This document shows, in pieces, positions 62,945 to 64,000 of a stretch of DNA of 64,000 bases. Each line of letters begins with the position of its first letter. Within the stretch, counting starts at the first letter, position 1. A program made the position numbers and the translations under genes. The notes below the pieces were generated by a model. It did no database searches, was not told where the DNA came from, and saw only the letters and a list, made by a program, of their open reading frames with translations. Source of the stretch: Gemmatimonadota bacterium (GTDB lineage: Bacteria > JAAXHH01); assembly GCA_009835325.1 (NCBI GenBank), contig VXWP01000087.1, positions 21,231-85,230 on the forward strand. The letters are read 5' to 3'.

Positions 62945-64000
62945 CTACGCGACCCGGTACTTCGATACGGTTTCCTCGTCTACCGTGACGCCCAGCCCGG
63001 GTCCGTCGGGCACCGCCACGAATCCTTCGTCATCGATGGCAAAGCGTTCATGGGTCAGTTCGTGTCGCAGCGGCGAATCGGACATGCAGAACTCGAAGAC
63101 GGACGCGTTGGGCAGGGCAGCCAGGGCGTGCAGCGACGCCGCCATGGTAATGCCGCTCTTGTAACTGTGGTTGACGACCTTGCGGCCGTGCCGGTGGGCG
63201 GTCCGGCCGGCTTCGGCCATGGTCGTAATTCCGCAGCGCCCCGGGTCGGGCTGGATCCAGTCGAGCCCGCCCTCGGTGACCAGACGTTCGAAGTCTTCGA
63301 GCCGGGACTCCGCTTCCCCGGTGGCGATGGGCACCGGACTCTCCGCGGTCAGCGCGGCATATCCTTCGATGTCGTCCGGATGCAGCGGCTCTTCGATCCA
63401 GAAGGGCCGGTACTCGGCGAACTGCCGGGACCGGGTGAGCGCGGTCTTCCAGTCCCATACCTGGCCGGCGTCGATGAGCACGTCCACCTCGTCGCCCGTG
63501 CCTCGCCGGGCCTCCCGAACCAGGGCGACGTCCTGCCTTTCGTCCTTCCCCATAGGGCCCCAGCCGAACTTCACAGCCGTGAATCCCTGGTCGGCGAATT
63601 TCCGGCCGATCGCCCGGGTCTGCTTCGGCGTGTCTCCGAACAGTACGGAGGCATAGGCCCGGAACCTGAGCCGGTGCGCGCCGCCCAGGAGTTCGTAGAC
63701 GGGCTGTCCGCTCGCTTTCCCCGCGATGTCCCAGAGCGCCAGGTTGATCCCAGCCATGGCGTGTCGCCCCACGCCGACCCGGCCATAATAGTTTGCCGAC
63801 GCCATCATCCGATCCGTGCAGGCGTCGATGTCCAGGGGATCGGCGCCGGCCAGCGCGTTGGCCAGGCCGTTGCAGATCTGGTGCGACAGCGGCGCGTCGA
63901 TGACGGCCTTGACCACGGTGGGACACGAGTCGACTTCGCCCCAGCCCTTGATGCCTTCGTCGGTTTCGATGCTGATCAGGCAGGTATCCTGCGTCCCGTC
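62945..64000 (-). CDS. enolase-superfamily (mandelate racemase/muconate lactonizing family) sugar-acid dehydratase-like protein, N-terminus beyond window
   Basis: Frame stays open to the window edge (DGTQDTCLISIETDEGIKGWGEVDSCPTVVKAVID...); GINLALWDIAGK, AVKFGWGP, WIEEP motifs. Confidence 0.8.
   Translation of the reverse strand, partial: DGTQDTCLISIETDEGIKGWGEVDSCPTVVKAVIDAPLSHQICNGLANALAGADPLDIDACTDRMMASANYYGRVGVGRHAMAGINLALWDIAGKASGQPVYELLGGAHRLRFRAYASVLFGDTPKQTRAIGRKFADQGFTAVKFGWGPMGKDERQDVALVREARRGTGDEVDVLIDAGQVWDWKTALTRSRQFAEYRPFWIEEPLHPDDIEGYAALTAESPVPIATGEAESRLEDFERLVTEGGLDWIQPDPGRCGITTMAEAGRTAHRHGRKVVNHSYKSGITMAASLHALAALPNASVFEFCMSDSPLRHELTHERFAIDDEGFVAVPDGPGLGVTVDEETVSKYRVA

Noticed and set aside
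1-64000. Mobile elements, prophage or a defence island.
   Set aside because: No integrase, transposase, terminal inverted repeats, restriction-modification genes or cas genes were recognised. The only accessory-looking segment is the small TA islet at 10250-11490.

Overview
GC-rich, very compact bacterial chromosomal segment with about 66 protein genes, 8 tRNAs and one SRP RNA. Every gene from 36279 to the right edge is on the minus strand. No integrase, transposase, CRISPR array or rRNA was seen.

Content, left to right:
- MacB/FtsX-type ABC exporter next to a PDZ-containing histidine kinase and a NarL-type regulator.
- A 903-aa PL26/YetA-like protein.
- An AstE-like amidohydrolase, a small toxin-antitoxin islet (higBA plus a decayed hicB-like gene), and an amino-acid ABC / creatininase / cupin / aminotransferase cluster.
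- pyrR-pyrB-pyrC, translationally chained behind a 1542-aa M28/PA-like ectodomain fused to an FtsX permease.
- A 663-aa polytopic membrane protein (28669-30657), then aceE-aceF.
- A long housekeeping run: ychF, tRNAs, rplI-rpsR-rpsF, pth, ctc, prs, ispE, heptose genes, alaS, recX, thpR, cinA, pgpA, pgsA, recR, ybaB, dnaX, ffs, tRNAs, tadA.
- A sugar-acid / NDP-sugar cluster containing a LarA-like gene.

Most notable observations:
1. An in-frame TGA sits exactly at the first position of a CxxC redox motif in a secreted thioredoxin-fold ORF (T-U-G-H-C). This is a candidate selenoprotein, with a hairpin where a bacterial SECIS element would lie.
2. The orphan M28-like/FtsX fusion protein appears to have lost its catalytic residues.
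3. Short tandem duplications recur across the window, straddling or abutting stop codons and leaving ghost C-termini. In-frame versions form protein tails and inserts.
4. The SRP RNA is the long Bacillus type (about 272 nt) in a tadA-ffs-dnaX-ybaB-recR arrangement. This moves the dnaX start inward.
5. A near-exact copy of the tRNA-Arg(ACG) anticodon arm lies just upstream of the tRNA-Arg-tadA unit.

All functional calls come from reading the translations. No database search was run.
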